DNA of 64,000 nucleotides from an uncultured Planctomycetota bacterium (GTDB lineage Bacteria; Planctomycetota; PUPC01): NCBI GenBank assembly GCA_964385685.1, contig CAYLQD010000002.1, positions 20,704 to 84,703 of the forward strand, read 5' to 3'. Shown piece by piece: positions 63,503 to 64,000 of this stretch (position 1 is its first letter; each line of letters starts with the position of its first letter). The notes under the pieces were generated by a model. It saw only the letters and a program-made list of their open reading frames with translations, ran no database searches and was not told where the DNA came from. The position numbers and the translations under genes were made by a program.

Positions 63503-64000
63503 CTACAGCACCTTGACGATCACCAGGGTGATGTCGTCGGCCTGCGGGCCGCCGTCGCGGAACTCCGTCAGAGCTTCGACGATCGCGTCGTAGATCTCCT
63601 GTGAACTCTTGCGCGCGTTAGCCCCGAACACCTCGAGGAATCGGTCCCATCCGAACAGCTCGCCCTTCGCGTTCTGCGTCTCCCAGGCGCCGTCGGTTCC
63701 GATCAGGAAGACGTCGCCGGGCTCGAGGCCGGCGGGGCCGGCCCGGTCGAATTCGGCCTCCTCGATAATGCCCAGTGCCATGCCCGTGTTGCCGAGTTCT
63801 TCGATCGCGCCCGAGGCCTGCCGCCACAGGACGGCGGGGTCGTGCCCGCCCGACACCCACCAGAGCGACCGCTGTTTCGAGTCGAGCACGCCGTAGAAGA
63901 GCGTCATGAAACGCTCGTCGCCGGTGTCGCGCACGAGGTGGACGTTCAGCGTGCGGAAGAGGTCGCTCAGGTCATCGCCGTGGAGTGTGGCGTGGGAGCG
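63503..64000 (-). CDS. PP2C/SpoIIE-family protein phosphatase, C-terminal part (N-terminus beyond window end)
   Basis: 'FMTLFYGVLD', 'GHDPAVL', 'GMALGI', 'GDVFLIGTDGAWE', 'DDITLVIVKV' PP2C motifs. The ORF continues past 64000. Confidence 0.6.
   Translation of the reverse strand, partial: RSHATLHGDDLSDLFRTLNVHLVRDTGDERFMTLFYGVLDSKQRSLWWVSGGHDPAVLWRQASGAIEELGNTGMALGIIEEAEFDRAGPAGLEPGDVFLIGTDGAWETQNAKGELFGWDRFLEVFGANARKSSQEIYDAIVEALTEFRDGGPQADDITLVIVKVL

Noticed and set aside
1-64000. CRISPR arrays, rRNA, tRNA
   Set aside because: I found no regularly spaced identical direct repeats with unique spacers. The hairpin clusters are heterogeneous palindromes, not CRISPR repeats. I recognised no cloverleaf-like or rRNA-like segments.

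Overview
This is a 64-kb, very GC-rich (about 68-70%) bacterial chromosomal segment with dense coding on both strands. The six-frame track is full of long spurious antisense and alternate-frame ORFs, as expected at this GC content. The real genes I can support from motifs are listed below; the gene content (DUF1080 lipoprotein, many pseudopilins, prenyltransferase-repeat protein) is compatible with a Planctomycetota-like genome, but I cannot prove taxonomy from sequence alone.

- 1-9.8 kb (+): a type II secretion / type IV pilus-like cluster. It has three tandem GspG-like pilin paralogs (the first is cut by the window edge), H/J/K/I-like minor pseudopilins, PilM/N/O/P-like genes and a secretin.
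- 9.9-11.9 kb (+): rnpA-yidD, then a phosphofructokinase.
- 13.7-16.9 kb (+): nifS/iscS, nifU/iscU, then an acyl-CoA synthetase.
- 17.0-17.7 kb (-): a DUF1080-type lipoprotein.
- 17.7-18.7 kb: an unusual intergenic island. Three tandem about 25-codon mini-lipoprotein ORFs (signal peptide + GGC/SGC lipobox + 6-8-residue mature peptide) sit between clusters of GC-rich hairpin repeats.
- 18.8-24.4 kb (+): an operon of a prenyltransferase/squalene-cyclase-repeat protein, a 1321-aa membrane coiled-coil protein and a poly-Q secreted protein.
- 24.4-39.4 kb: heptosyltransferase, OmpA-like lipoprotein, an HTH-acidic membrane protein, two tandem paralogous secreted proteins, a GltD-like oxidoreductase, a large glycoside hydrolase, a TPR + secretin-N-like protein, fmt, an M50 protease and a HEAT-repeat protein.
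- 39.4-44.1 kb (-): translationally coupled recD2 - DNA methyltransferase - recO.
- 44.2-47.7 kb (-): cardiolipin synthase and a hypothetical secreted protein.
- 47.7-56.1 kb (-): a candidate novel catabolic cluster. It reads phnW (2-aminoethylphosphonate:pyruvate aminotransferase), two tandem non-pyrrolysine MtmB-family methyltransferase paralogs, a hairpin-repeat island, two citrate-synthase-family paralogs, a CoA-acylating aldehyde dehydrogenase and a PhnX-like HAD hydrolase.
- 56.3-64.0 kb: a zinc-ribbon protein, a 1440-aa predicted pseudokinase-TM-TPR-transglutaminase-like protein, rubrerythrin, a second copy (inverted) of the hairpin-repeat element, phosphate acyltransferase and a partial PP2C phosphatase.

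No rRNA, tRNA or CRISPR array was recognised.
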